NCBI GenBank assembly: GCA_032027045.1
Contig: JAVSMU010000001.1
Coordinates: forward strand, 2,309,112 to 2,373,111
Source of the DNA: Truepera sp.
GTDB taxonomy: Bacteria > Deinococcota > Deinococci > Deinococcales > Trueperaceae
Length of the DNA stretch: 64,000 nt
Reading direction: 5' to 3'
Below, piece after piece: positions 42,860 to 53,879 of this stretch; within the stretch, counting starts at the first letter, position 1; the number at the start of each line of letters is the position of its first letter. Below the pieces are notes generated by a model. That model saw only the letters and a program-made list of their open reading frames with translations, was not told where the DNA came from and ran no database searches. The position numbers were made by a program, and so were the translations under genes.

Positions 42860-42956
42860 CGCCGGCCGGCACGCCGGTCGCCCCTGGCCGGGCAGCCGAA
42901 GGGCCGCGGCGCCAGCAGCCTAGTGGCCGACGGCCGCTGCTCGGAGGAAACGCAAG

Positions 42957-45011
42957 ATGGACAGCGAAACCTTAATCAACCGCTTGGTCGTCGATGCCCC
43001 CGAGGACACGGCCGAACCCGCCGCTGCCGCGGACGAGGCCGATCCGGACGACGTCGCGCTGCCGGAAGCCGACCCGGAACCGGGCCCGGCCGCACGAGAG
43101 CGCGACACGTACTACGCGACCACCCCCATCTTCTACGTGAACGCGGCGCCGCACATGGGCCACGCCTACACGACCATCCTGGTCGACGTCGTCACGCGCT
43201 TCCACCGCCTCAAGGGCGACGACACGTTCTTCCTGACGGGCACCGACGAGCATGGCGAGAAGATCCAGAAGGCGGCCGAGGCCCATGGCGAGTCGCCGCA
43301 GGCCTACGCCGATCAGGTGAGCGGCGAGTTCCGCGACACGTGGGACCGGCTAGGCATCCGCTACGACGACTTCATCCGCACCACCGAACCTCGGCACAAG
43401 AAGGTCGTGCAAGAGGTGCTGCAGAAGGTGTACGACAAGGGCGACATCGTCTTCGGCGAGTACGCCGGTCTCTACTGCGTGAAGTGCGAGCGCTACTACA
43501 CGGAGAAGGAGCTGGTGGACGGCAAGTGCCCGCAGCACGAGATCGAGCTCGAGTACCGCACCGAGGCGAACTACTTCTTCCGCATGGAGAAGTACCGCCT
43601 GTGGCTCAGGGACCTGCTCACGGAGCAACCCGACCTGATAAGACCCGAGCGCTACCGCAACGAGGTCCTGGCCATGCTGCGCGAAAGCGTCGGCGACCTC
43701 TCCATCAGCCGGCCTCGTAGCCGCGTGCCCTGGGGCATCCCGCTGCCGTGGGACGAGGAGCACGTGACGTACGTCTGGTTCGACGCCCTCATCAACTACT
43801 ACTCGGCGCTCGAGAGCAAGGGCCTAACCGAGCGCTTCTGGCCGCACGTCGAGCACTTCATAGCCAAGGACATCGTGAAGCCGCACGGGCTCTTCTGGCC
43901 CATCATGCTGAAGGCGGCCGACATCCCCGTCTTCAAGCACCTGAACGTGCACGGCTACTGGCTCGTGGACGACCGCAAGATCAGCAAGTCGCTCGGCAAC
44001 ACGGTGAAGCCCTTGGACCTGCTGAAGAAGTACGGCAACGATGCCTTCCGCTACTTCCTGCTGCGCGACATGCCGTTCGGCCTCGACTCGAGCTTCAACG
44101 AGCTCGCCATCGCCGAGCGCATCAACGCCGACCTCGCCAACGACCTGGGCAACCTCCTGAACCGCACCCTCGGGATGCTGGGACGTTACCGCGACGGGCT
44201 CGTGCCGCCCGCCCGCCAGCTCGAAGCCATCGACCAGGACCTGGCTGACGCCTTCCTCGCCCTGCCAGCCACGGTGACGAGCTACTTCGACGCGCTGCAG
44301 TTCGACCGCGCGCTGGAGAGCGTGATGGAGGCCGTGCGCAAGGCCAACAAGTACATTGCCGATACCAAGCCGTGGGAGCTGGCCCGCAGCGAGGAGGACT
44401 CCGCCCGCCTCGACACGGTGCTGAACACCCTGGTCGAGGCCCTGCGCTGCGCCAGCATAGTGCTGGACCCGGTCATCCCGGCCAAGGCCCTCGAGCTGCG
44501 CAAACAGCTCGGCGTGCGCAACGCCCCTTACGACCTGAGCGCGGCGAGCGAGTGGGGGCTCGTGCCGGTGGGCACGGCAACGCAGCCGGGCGAACCGCTC
44601 TTCCCCCGCATCGACTTAGACGAGCTGACGCGCGAGATAGAGGCCGCCGCCACGCCATCCGCACAGGTGGCGCTCGAGCACAAGCCGGAGATCGAGTACG
44701 ACGACTTCGGCAAGCTCGAGTTGCGCATAGTGACGGTGGAGAAGGCCGAGCAGCACCCGAACGCCGACAGGCTCCTGGTGCTGACCGTGCGCATGGGCCC
44801 CGAGACGCGCACCGTCGTTAGCGGCATCAAGGAGCACTACGACGCGGCCGACCTCGTGGGCAAGAAGCTGGTGTTGGTGGCCAACCTCAAGCCCGTGAAA
44901 CTGCGCGGGGTCTTGAGCCAGGGCATGATCCTCTCCGGCGAGGGGCCGGATGGCGGTCTGGGGCTGGTGAGCCCCGAGCGTGACCTGCCCGACGGGAGTG
45001 AGGTGCGCTGA
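42957..45011 (+). CDS. metG: methionine--tRNA ligase with C-terminal tRNA-binding (Trbp111-like) domain
   Basis: TPIFYVNAAPHMGHAYT (HIGH region) and KISKSLGN (KMSKS). C-terminal LELRIVTVEKAEQHPNADRLLVL... GGAGGAA lies 7 nt upstream of the ATG. Confidence 0.92.
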   Translation: MDSETLINRLVVDAPEDTAEPAAAADEADPDDVALPEADPEPGPAARERDTYYATTPIFYVNAAPHMGHAYTTILVDVVTRFHRLKGDDTFFLTGTDEHGEKIQKAAEAHGESPQAYADQVSGEFRDTWDRLGIRYDDFIRTTEPRHKKVVQEVLQKVYDKGDIVFGEYAGLYCVKCERYYTEKELVDGKCPQHEIELEYRTEANYFFRMEKYRLWLRDLLTEQPDLIRPERYRNEVLAMLRESVGDLSISRPRSRVPWGIPLPWDEEHVTYVWFDALINYYSALESKGLTERFWPHVEHFIAKDIVKPHGLFWPIMLKAADIPVFKHLNVHGYWLVDDRKISKSLGNTVKPLDLLKKYGNDAFRYFLLRDMPFGLDSSFNELAIAERINADLANDLGNLLNRTLGMLGRYRDGLVPPARQLEAIDQDLADAFLALPATVTSYFDALQFDRALESVMEAVRKANKYIADTKPWELARSEEDSARLDTVLNTLVEALRCASIVLDPVIPAKALELRKQLGVRNAPYDLSAASEWGLVPVGTATQPGEPLFPRIDLDELTREIEAAATPSAQVALEHKPEIEYDDFGKLELRIVTVEKAEQHPNADRLLVLTVRMGPETRTVVSGIKEHYDAADLVGKKLVLVANLKPVKLRGVLSQGMILSGEGPDGGLGLVSPERDLPDGSEVR

Positions 45012-45113
45012 GGCCTGGCTGACGGTCGCGCCGCCCCGGGCCTCAGTTGACGGTCGCGGCCGCTCCGGGCCTCAGTTGACGGTCTCGGCCGCCCCCCGGC
45101 CCCAGTTGACGAG
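45010..45113. repeat. 29-31-nt tandem repeat, ~3.6 copies (GGGCCTCAGTTGACGGTCGCGGCCGCTCC)
   Basis: Units at ~45010, 45038, 45067 and 45098 (partial). It fills the convergent metG/recQ intergenic gap. Each unit contains a GCGGCCGC palindrome or a variant of it. Confidence 0.8.
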
Positions 45114-45120
45114 CGCGCGT

Positions 45121-47070
45121 CTACGACCCCGCGTCTTCGCCCACGGCGTCCCGCGGCGCACTCAGGGCCGCCAGGAACTTCTCGCCGTAGCGCTCCAGCT
45201 TCACCGCCCCGACGCCCGCGACGTTGCCCAACTCGCTTAGCGTCCGTGGCGCCACCGCAACCATCTCGCGCAGCGTCTTGTCGTGGAACACCACGTAGGG
45301 CGGCACGCCCTGGTCCTTGGCGATCTGGAGGCGCAGCGCCCGTAGCGCCTGGAACAGCTCCTCTTCCTCCGGGCCGGCCTCGGGTCGGTCGGGCCCAGGC
45401 GCGGTGATGGAGCGCAACTTCCGCGCCGTCGGGCGTTCCCGCAGCCGGTCGCGCCTCAGCTCGACGGAGCTCTCGCCACGCAGGACAGCCGCCGCTCCCG
45501 GACCCACCACCAGGCCCCCGAAGCCGTCCGGGTCGGGTAGCAACTGGCCGTTGGCGAGCAGTTGCCTGACGACGGAGCGCCACCCGCGGTCGTCCAGTTC
45601 GGTGCCGATGCCGAACGTGCTGAGCTGGTCGTGCCGGAGTGCCCTTACCCGCTCCGTGTCCTTCCCGAGCAGGACGTCTATGAGCTGCCCGGCGCCGAAC
45701 CGCTGGCCCGTGCGCATGACCGTGGAGAGGAGTTTCTGCGCCGCGACGGTGCCGTCGAACGTCTCGACGGGCTCGCGGCAGGTGTCGCAGTGGCCGCAGG
45801 GCTCCTCCAGGCGCTCCCCGAAGTAGCCCAGCAACGCCTGGCGGCGGCAACCCGGCGTCTCGCAGTAGGCCAGGAGGGCCTCCAGGCGCTGGCGTTCCAC
45901 GCGCTTGAAGGCCTCGCTGCCGTTGCCTTGGGCCAGCATGCGGCTCACCTGCACCACGTCCTGCAGCCCGTAGGTCATGAAGGCGTCGGACGGCTCGCCG
46001 TCGCGGCCGGCGCGGCCCGTCTCCTGGTAGTAGCCCTCGAGGCTCTTGGGCAGGTCGAGGTGGGCCACGAAGCGCACGTCGGGCTTGTCGATGCCCATGC
46101 CGAACGCGATGGTGGCCACCACCACGACGCCGTCCTCGCGTAGGAAACGCTCCTGATGCCGTTGCCGCACCTCGCTGGAAAGGCCCGCGTGATACGGGAC
46201 GGCGTTCACGCCCTGAGCAACCAGCCAGGCAGCGGTGGCATCTACGCTCTTGCGGGAGAGGCAGTACACGATGCCCGCATGGCCCACGTGCTTGGCGCGG
46301 TAGAAGGCGAGGAACTGCCGGCGCGCGTCGACCTTCTCGACCACCTGGTAGTCGATGTTGGGCCGGTCGAAGCTGGAGACGAAGCGCCGCGCATCCTCCA
46401 GGTGGAGCTTGTCGACGATCTCGCGGCGGGTGGCCGCGTCGGCCGTGGCGGTGAGCGCGACCCGCGGCACTCCCGGGTAGCGCTCGGCGAGCACCCCCAG
46501 CCCGATGTACTCGGGCCGGAAGTCGTGCCCCCACGCCGACACGCAGTGCGCCTCGTCGATGGCGAAGAGGCTGAGCGGCAGCCGGTCGAGCAACGACAGG
46601 AACCCCGGGGTCAGGAGGCGCTCGGGCGCCACGTAGATGAGGTCGATGCGGCCTTCGGCCAGGTCGCGCTCCACCTGCCGCGCCTCCGCCGGCTCGAGGC
46701 TCGAGTTGAGGTACGCCGCGCTGACGCCGGCCAGCCTGAGGGCCCCGACCTGATCGTGCATCAGGGCGATGAGAGGCGAGACGACCACGCCCACGCCGGG
46801 CCGCAGCAGCGCCGGGATCTGGTAGCAGAGCGACTTGCCGCCGCCCGTGGGCATGAGGACGAGGGCGTCGCCACCACCAAGCACGTGTTCGATGACCCGG
46901 CCCTGAGCGCCGCGGAAGTCGGGGTATCCGAAGACCTCGCTCAGCAGGCGCCGGGCGTCCGAGAGCGTGGCCGCGTCGGGTGGCGTGGGCGCGTCAGGTG
47001 ACGTCTGCGCCTCGGGTGGCGTCCGGCCTTCCCCGGCCCGAGCGTTGCCCGCTTGGCTCAGTCCACCCAC
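45121..47070 (-). CDS. recQ: ATP-dependent DNA helicase RecQ (single HRDC domain)
   Basis: [41 protein letters not shown], a Zn-finger CxxC region, and the C-terminal [33 protein letters not shown]. The GTG start overlaps the upstream gene end by 13 nt. Confidence 0.88.
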   Translation of the reverse strand: MGGLSQAGNARAGEGRTPPEAQTSPDAPTPPDAATLSDARRLLSEVFGYPDFRGAQGRVIEHVLGGGDALVLMPTGGGKSLCYQIPALLRPGVGVVVSPLIALMHDQVGALRLAGVSAAYLNSSLEPAEARQVERDLAEGRIDLIYVAPERLLTPGFLSLLDRLPLSLFAIDEAHCVSAWGHDFRPEYIGLGVLAERYPGVPRVALTATADAATRREIVDKLHLEDARRFVSSFDRPNIDYQVVEKVDARRQFLAFYRAKHVGHAGIVYCLSRKSVDATAAWLVAQGVNAVPYHAGLSSEVRQRHQERFLREDGVVVVATIAFGMGIDKPDVRFVAHLDLPKSLEGYYQETGRAGRDGEPSDAFMTYGLQDVVQVSRMLAQGNGSEAFKRVERQRLEALLAYCETPGCRRQALLGYFGERLEEPCGHCDTCREPVETFDGTVAAQKLLSTVMRTGQRFGAGQLIDVLLGKDTERVRALRHDQLSTFGIGTELDDRGWRSVVRQLLANGQLLPDPDGFGGLVVGPGAAAVLRGESSVELRRDRLRERPTARKLRSITAPGPDRPEAGPEEEELFQALRALRLQIAKDQGVPPYVVFHDKTLREMVAVAPRTLSELGNVAGVGAVKLERYGEKFLAALSAPRDAVGEDAGS

Positions 47071-48296
47071 TCTCCCTTGCGCAGCAGGGGCACGAGCCCG
47101 CCCCCTGCCAACTCACCGGTCACGTCCACTTCGGGCGAGCCGATCATGAAGTCGACGTGCGTCAGCGAGTCGTTGAGGCCGTGCTCCAGCTTCTCGGCGT
47201 CGGTCATCTCCTGCGCGCCGCTCACGCAGTTCGTGTAGCCCCGTCCCAGCGCGATGTGGCAGGCGGCGTTCTCGTCGAACAGCGTCTCCAAGAACAGCAC
47301 GCCGGTCTTGGCGATGGGGCTCGAGGTGGGCACCAACGCCACCTCGCCCAGCCGGCGGGCGCCCGCGTCGGTGCCCAGGATCTCGTCTAGAGCCGCCTGG
47401 CCCTTGCCGGCGACGGCCTCGACGACCTCGCCGCCTTTGAACTCGAGCGAGAAGTCGTCGATCAGGATGCCGTTGTATGCCAGCGGCATGGTGGCGCGGA
47501 CCGTGCCGTCGACCCTGGCGCGGTGCGGGGCCGTGAAGACTTCCTCGGTCGGCATGTTGGCCACGAACTCGACGCCGTTCGGCAGCGTCGAACTCCCACC
47601 GTCCCACAGGTGATCGTCCGCCAGGCCGACCCGCAGGTCGGTGCCCGGACCCTCGAAGCGGAGCGCGGCGAAGCGCTGGTCGTTGAGGAGCCGCTTGCGC
47701 CGGCTCAGGCCCTCGTTGTGGGCGCGCCACGCCGCAACGGGGTCGGGCTCGGTGACGCGGGTGGCGGTGAAGATGGCCTCCCACAACGCGGCGACGGCCT
47801 CGTCCTCGGGCAGCTGCGGGAACACCTTCCGCGCCCAGGCCGGAGCGGAGGCCGCTGCCACGCACCAGGCTATGCGGTCGGACATGGCCAGGTCGGAGTA
47901 GGGCCTGGTGGCGGGCCGCCAGGCGCGCTGGAAGGCGGCGAAGCGTTCGGGCTCGGTGCCCGCCAGGGCGTCGGGGTCGTCGGCCAGGATGGCCAGGGAG
48001 GCGGCGCCCTCGGCGCCAAGCGCGTTCATGGCGTCTGCCCGGTACTGCGGGATGATGCCGAAGCTACCCTCGGGCCCATGCAGGAAGCGGGCGCGGGTGA
48101 CGACGTCGTCGGACCACAGGACCTCGACGTAGGGACTTCCGATGCGGTAAGCGGTCTCGACTACCCTGCGAACGAGCGGCGCGGCGTCGATGCCGGCGCG
48201 CACGATCAGCTTCTGGCCCGGCTGCACGTTCACCCCGACGCGGACGAGTAGCTCGGCGTACGACTGCAAACGTTCATCGAAAGTGGGTGTGCTCAT
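47058..48296 (-). CDS. aminopeptidase, M29 family (AmpS/PepS-like)
   Basis: [30 protein letters not shown]... and C-terminal HIALGRGY...THVDFMIGS. The track ORF to 49172 is over-extended across the riboswitch. ATG 48305 is an alternative start. Confidence 0.85.
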   Translation of the reverse strand: MSTPTFDERLQSYAELLVRVGVNVQPGQKLIVRAGIDAAPLVRRVVETAYRIGSPYVEVLWSDDVVTRARFLHGPEGSFGIIPQYRADAMNALGAEGAASLAILADDPDALAGTEPERFAAFQRAWRPATRPYSDLAMSDRIAWCVAAASAPAWARKVFPQLPEDEAVAALWEAIFTATRVTEPDPVAAWRAHNEGLSRRKRLLNDQRFAALRFEGPGTDLRVGLADDHLWDGGSSTLPNGVEFVANMPTEEVFTAPHRARVDGTVRATMPLAYNGILIDDFSLEFKGGEVVEAVAGKGQAALDEILGTDAGARRLGEVALVPTSSPIAKTGVLFLETLFDENAACHIALGRGYTNCVSGAQEMTDAEKLEHGLNDSLTHVDFMIGSPEVDVTGELAGGGLVPLLRKGEWVD

Positions 48297-48403
48297 GGCG
48301 TGCATCGTAGCAACCGACGCCCGTGATGCGTGGCCGAACCAGGCCACGACCAAGGGAGGTTTATCATGGGTCCGGGTGGCGCGGACGCGCCCCTCACAAC
48401 TGA

Positions 48404-48546
48404 ACCCCTTCAGGGCAGGGTGAGATTCCCTACCGGCGGTGAATGGCGCGGCACGTGACCGACGCCACAGCCCGCGAAGCCCACCAAGGTGGGCCCGAAC
48501 CGGTGAGATCCCGGTGCCGACGGTGACAGTCCGGATGAGAGAAGGA
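48404..48546 (+). promoter_or_regulatory. FMN riboswitch (RFN element)
   Basis: CUUCAGGGCAGGGUGAGAUUCCCUACCGGCGGUGA...AGCCCGCGAAGC...CCGGUGAGAUCCCGGUGCCGACGGUGACAGUCCGGAUGAGAGAAGG matches the RFN consensus blocks. It lies directly upstream of ribD. Confidence 0.9.
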
Positions 48547-48584
48547 GGTGAAGCGACGGCCGCGAGACTGCGGTCGCGGCTTCC

Positions 48585-49769
48585 ATGGAACCGCAAACGA
48601 CAGACCCCGAAACAACCGAGCAGGGCCGGCTGGACGCCCAGTTCATGGACCTGGCCCTGGCGCTCGCCGAACGCGGTCGCGGGCGCGTGAGCCCCAACCC
48701 ACTGGTCGGCTGCGTGATCGTGCAAGGCGGCAACGTCGTGGGCGAGGGTTGGCATGCCCGCGCCGGGGAGCCGCACGCCGAGCTGGTGGCCCTCCGCAAG
48801 GCTGAGCAGGCCGCGGCCGGCTCGACCTGCTACGTGACCCTGGAACCGTGCGACCACCAAGGCCGCACCCCACCATGCACCGAGGCGCTGCTCGCCGCTG
48901 GGGTGGCGCGCGTCGTGGTGGCCACCACCGACCCGAACCCGTTGGTCAACGGCAAGGGCGTGCGGCGCTTGCGAGAGGCCGGCATCGCCGTGGAAGTCGG
49001 CGTCAGGCAACGGCAAGCGGAGACCCAGAACGAGGTCTTCCGCACGAACCACCTTCAAGGGCGGCCGTTCGTGCTCTACAAGACGGCCATGTCGCTCGAC
49101 GGCAAGATCGCCGTGCGCACGGGCCGCTCGCGCTGGATAACGGGGCCGTCGGCCCGGGCGCGCGTGCATCACTGGCGCGACGAGTACGACGCGGTCGCCG
49201 TGGGCATGAACACGCTACTCCTCGACGACCCCGCCCTCACGACGCGCATCCCGGGTGGCCGGACGCCCACGAAGGTCGTGTTCGACAGCCTGGCGCGCAC
49301 GCCCGTGACCGCCCGGCTCTTCGCGCCCTCCGCGGACGGCATGCCCGCGCGCGTCATCGTGGTGGTCACGGACGACGCGCCCGCCGCGCGTAAGCAGGCG
49401 CTGGCGGCCGCCGGCGCGGAGATCGTCTCGCTGCCCGCCAAGAACGGACGCCCGCCGGTGCCGGCGGCGCTAGCGGCGCTCCTCGCCCTGGGCATCACCA
49501 GCATCATGTTGGAAGGCGGCGGTTCGATCGCTTGGGAGTTCTTCAGCGCCAACGCCGTCGACCGCGTCGCCTGGTTCGTGGCGCCGAAGCTGCTGGGCGG
49601 CTCGGCCGCCGGACCGCTGGGCGGCTTGGGCGTCGCCAGCATCGCCGACGCCTACACCCTCACCGACGTGCTGGTCGAGACCATCGGTCCCGACCTGCTC
49701 ATCAGCGGCAAGGTCGCCACGCCGGCGGCCCAGGCGAGCACGGGCGCCGGCGACGAGACGGGGGCCTGA
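48585..49769 (+). CDS. ribD: bifunctional diaminohydroxyphosphoribosylaminopyrimidine deaminase / 5-amino-6-(5-phosphoribosylamino)uracil reductase
   Basis: PNPLVGCVIV, HAELVAL, TLEPCDHQGRTPPC and a C-terminal reductase domain. Confidence 0.9.
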   Translation: MEPQTTDPETTEQGRLDAQFMDLALALAERGRGRVSPNPLVGCVIVQGGNVVGEGWHARAGEPHAELVALRKAEQAAAGSTCYVTLEPCDHQGRTPPCTEALLAAGVARVVVATTDPNPLVNGKGVRRLREAGIAVEVGVRQRQAETQNEVFRTNHLQGRPFVLYKTAMSLDGKIAVRTGRSRWITGPSARARVHHWRDEYDAVAVGMNTLLLDDPALTTRIPGGRTPTKVVFDSLARTPVTARLFAPSADGMPARVIVVVTDDAPAARKQALAAAGAEIVSLPAKNGRPPVPAALAALLALGITSIMLEGGGSIAWEFFSANAVDRVAWFVAPKLLGGSAAGPLGGLGVASIADAYTLTDVLVETIGPDLLISGKVATPAAQASTGAGDETGA

Positions 49770-49770
49770 C

Positions 49771-50395
49771 GTGTTCAGCGGCATAGTCGAGGAAGTCGGG
49801 ACGGTGGCGAAGGCGGTCGAGGGGGCCGACCTGCGCCTCACCATCGGCGCCCGGAAGGTGCTGGAGGACATGAAGATCGGCGACTCGATAAGCGTCTCCG
49901 GCTGCTGCCTCACGGTCGTGGAGTTCGGCGCGCGAGGTTTCGACGTCGAGCTCTCGCGCGAGACCGTCGCCAAGACGGCGCCCCGCTGGAGCGTGGGCTC
50001 GAGGGTGAACCTCGAGCGCGCCTTGCGCGTCCAGGACCGCCTGGGTGGGCACATCGTCAGCGGGCACGTGGACGGCGTGGGCGAGGTCCTCGACCTCACC
50101 GCAGAGCCCGGCGCTTACGTGTTGCGCGTGGCGGCTCCGGCGGCGCTGGCGCCGCACCTCGTCCCCAAGGGCAGCGTGACCGTCGACGGCGTGAGCCTCA
50201 CCCTGGTGGACGTCGGCGGTCCCGGCGGCACGCGGCGGGAGTGGCCCGCGCACCACTTCACCTTGTGGCTCATCCCACACACCCTCGAGGTGACCACCCT
50301 GGGCGAGCTGGGCCCGGGCGACCTCGTGAACGTCGAGAGCGACGTGCTGGCCAAGTACGTCGAGAGACTGCAGTTGGTCTCGAAGGGAACCGCAG

Positions 50396-50406
<11 letters not shown>
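49771..50406 (+). CDS. ribE: riboflavin synthase (alpha chain)
   Basis: Begins [12 protein letters not shown] and carries a duplicated lumazine-binding repeat ([13 protein letters not shown] / [13 protein letters not shown]). Confidence 0.9.
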
Positions 50407-51634
<1,228 letters not shown>

Positions 51635-51703
51635 CCCTTGCACAACCGCGCGGTTTCCCGGACCCTGGTGGCAGGGCCCGACACTCCGGGCCGAGGAGGC
51701 GAC

Positions 51704-52360
51704 ATGGCACTGTTCCGCGACCGAGTAGACGCCGGCGAGAAGCTGGCGAGGGCGCTGGGCGCCCTCGCGGGGCAGAACGTCGTGGTCATCGGCCTGCCGC
51801 GGGGCGGCGTGCCCGTAGCGGCCGAGGTGGCGAGGGCGCTGGGCGCGCCCCTCGACGTCCTCATCGTGCGCAAGCTGGGCCACCCGCGCCAGCCCGAGCT
51901 GGCGGTGGGGGCGTTGGCGCAGGGCGGCTTCAGCGTGAGGAACGAGGGTCTCATGGCCGGAGTTTCGGAGGCGGACTTCGCTCGGGTGCTGGCCCGGGAG
52001 CAGCGCGAGCTGGAGCGCCGCGCCGACGCCTACCGCGGCGGCCGCCCACCACTCGACCTGAAGGGCAAGCAGGCGGTGCTGGTGGACGACGGCCTGGCGA
52101 CCGGCGCCACCATGCGCGCGGCGGTGGCCGCCGCCAAGGGAGCGGGCGCGGCGCGGGTGATCGTGGCGGTGCCGGTGGCCGCCCGGGAGGCGCGAGAGCT
52201 CCTGGAGGGCGAGGCGGACCAGGTCGTGTGCCTCGCGGAACCTGCCGGGTTCACGAGCGTTGGCGCCTGGTACGCGGATTTCGGCCAGACGACGGACGCG
52301 GAGGTGACGGCGCTGCTCGCCACGAGCGCCGCGGGACGCGCGGAGGGGGCCGAGGGTTAG
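51704..52360 (+). CDS. phosphoribosyltransferase family protein (function unknown)
   Basis: Begins MALFRDRVDAGEKLA, with VVIGLPRGGVPVAAEVA and the PRPP loop VLVDDGLATGATMRAA. ATG follows GAGGAGG. Confidence 0.75.
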   Translation: MALFRDRVDAGEKLARALGALAGQNVVVIGLPRGGVPVAAEVARALGAPLDVLIVRKLGHPRQPELAVGALAQGGFSVRNEGLMAGVSEADFARVLAREQRELERRADAYRGGRPPLDLKGKQAVLVDDGLATGATMRAAVAAAKGAGAARVIVAVPVAAREARELLEGEADQVVCLAEPAGFTSVGAWYADFGQTTDAEVTALLATSAAGRAEGAEG

Positions 52361-52431
52361 CCGGGGCGGTTCGCTCCGTCAGTCAGTCGGGCCGTCTTGG
52401 TCCGGTCAGGGCCAGGTCGCTCAGGGCCGCG

Positions 52432-53109
52432 TCAGCTCGGGGCGGTGAGGCTTTGGCCCGACTCCCCCATCCGTGCCTCCAACTCGGCCACGCGTCGCTC
52501 CAGCGCCTCCACGCGCCTGAGCAGCACGGCCAACGGGGAGCCGGAACCTTGGGCCGCCTCCTGGTGGCCCCCGTTCTCCCCGGGCGGCCGGTGGCGGACG
52601 CGCGGTTGCATGCGCTCGACGTCGGCGCCCAGCTTGTGGGCCCAGCGGTCCTGGGTCTGGCCGGGACCACGGCCGAGGTTCTCCACCATGGGGACGTTCC
52701 GAGCGGCGAGCCCGGCCAGCACGCCCTCGACCTCCGCCACGCTTGCGAACGTCGTGTAGCGGTCCGTGCGGGTGCGCAACTCGCCAGGCGTCTGCGGGCC
52801 CCTCAGCATGAGCACGCTCAGCAGCGCCAGCTCCTGGTCGTTCAAGGACCAGGCTTGGGCGAGCTTGTGCCGGTGCTTGGGCACGCGGTCGCTGATCTCC
52901 TGGACGGTTGCCGCCAGGCCCTTGTCGCGCAACCGCTGCAAGGCGTCGAGCACGTCGAGCAGGTGGTGTTCGGTGACGGGGTCGCGGCTCGTCTTCTGAT
53001 TGCAGGCCGTCAAGAGGGCCTGGCTCGTCAGTGGGTAGGCCCCCGGGGTGGTGCGTTCCTTCTCGACCAGGGAGCCCAGCACGCGCAGCTCGATATCGCT
53101 TAGAGCCAT
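52432..53109 (-). CDS. YceH/DUF480 family protein
   Basis: N-terminus LSDIELRVLGSLVEKERTTPGAYPLTSQALLTACNQKTSRDPV is closely reminiscent of E. coli YceH. Confidence 0.75.
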   Translation of the reverse strand: MALSDIELRVLGSLVEKERTTPGAYPLTSQALLTACNQKTSRDPVTEHHLLDVLDALQRLRDKGLAATVQEISDRVPKHRHKLAQAWSLNDQELALLSVLMLRGPQTPGELRTRTDRYTTFASVAEVEGVLAGLAARNVPMVENLGRGPGQTQDRWAHKLGADVERMQPRVRHRPPGENGGHQEAAQGSGSPLAVLLRRVEALERRVAELEARMGESGQSLTAPS

Positions 53110-53173
53110 GGGGCAATGATATTACGGCCCGGCGCCGCGGCCCCTGCCCGGCGCATGTAATAGCCTGGGTGGC

Positions 53174-53866
53174 GTGCCGATCCGCGACGAACTCATCGAG
53201 CGCACCATCCAGCAACTCGCGGCGCTCATGGCCAAGCTGCTGCTCGCCCGTTCGAGCACCCTCGAGGCCGCGCGCCTCGACCTGGGCGCGGCGGAGCGGG
53301 AGCTCGAGGGCCTCTACCTCGCCAACCTGGGCACCAGTCGGAGCCTGGTGGGGCGGCTCGGGGTGGAGGACCTCATCGGGGTGCTGGGAACCGCCGGCTA
53401 CGTCGACGGCGAACGCGCCTACCTGCTCGGCGCCCTCCTGAGCGTGGACGCGGAGGTCGCGCTGGTCGCGGGCGCCGCCGAGGACGACGCCGAGGTCCTG
53501 CGCCTGCGCAACGCGGCCCTGGCGATGCTGCTGGAGGCCGGCGCGGTCAGCCTGGGCGAGCCCGACCTCGACCGCCGCGTGCAGAACCTGCTAAGCGAGG
53601 TGCCCGAGGAATTGAGGCCCGACTCCACTTTCGAGCGCCTCTTCCGCTACGAGTTCACGAGCGGCCGCTTCGCGCGGGCCGAGGATGCCCTGTTCGCCTG
53701 GCTGGACCGCTCGGAGCGCGCGGAGGACCGGCTGGAGGTCGCCGCCACGGCCGGGGCGTTCTACGACGCTCTGGAGAGCAAGTCGGCCGAGGAGCTGGAA
53801 CTAGGTGACTTCGAGCAAGGCGACGTTGCGCTAGGGCGGGCCGATTTCGCCGCCAGGTTCAACTAG
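53174..53866 (+). CDS. hypothetical helical protein
   Basis: 230-aa ORF with high GC3. No family recognised. Confidence 0.5.
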   Translation: MPIRDELIERTIQQLAALMAKLLLARSSTLEAARLDLGAAERELEGLYLANLGTSRSLVGRLGVEDLIGVLGTAGYVDGERAYLLGALLSVDAEVALVAGAAEDDAEVLRLRNAALAMLLEAGAVSLGEPDLDRRVQNLLSEVPEELRPDSTFERLFRYEFTSGRFARAEDALFAWLDRSERAEDRLEVAATAGAFYDALESKSAEELELGDFEQGDVALGRADFAARFN

Positions 53867-53879
53867 CCCCTGGCGCACG

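Noticed and set aside
48541-48550. GAAGGAGGTG after the FMN aptamer read as a sequestered Shine-Dalgarno with a GTG 48548 start.
   Set aside because: GTG 48548 is out of frame with ribD and has zero spacing to the SD. The ribD frame has a stop at 48549-51. The purine run is the conserved 3-prime strand of RFN helix P1.
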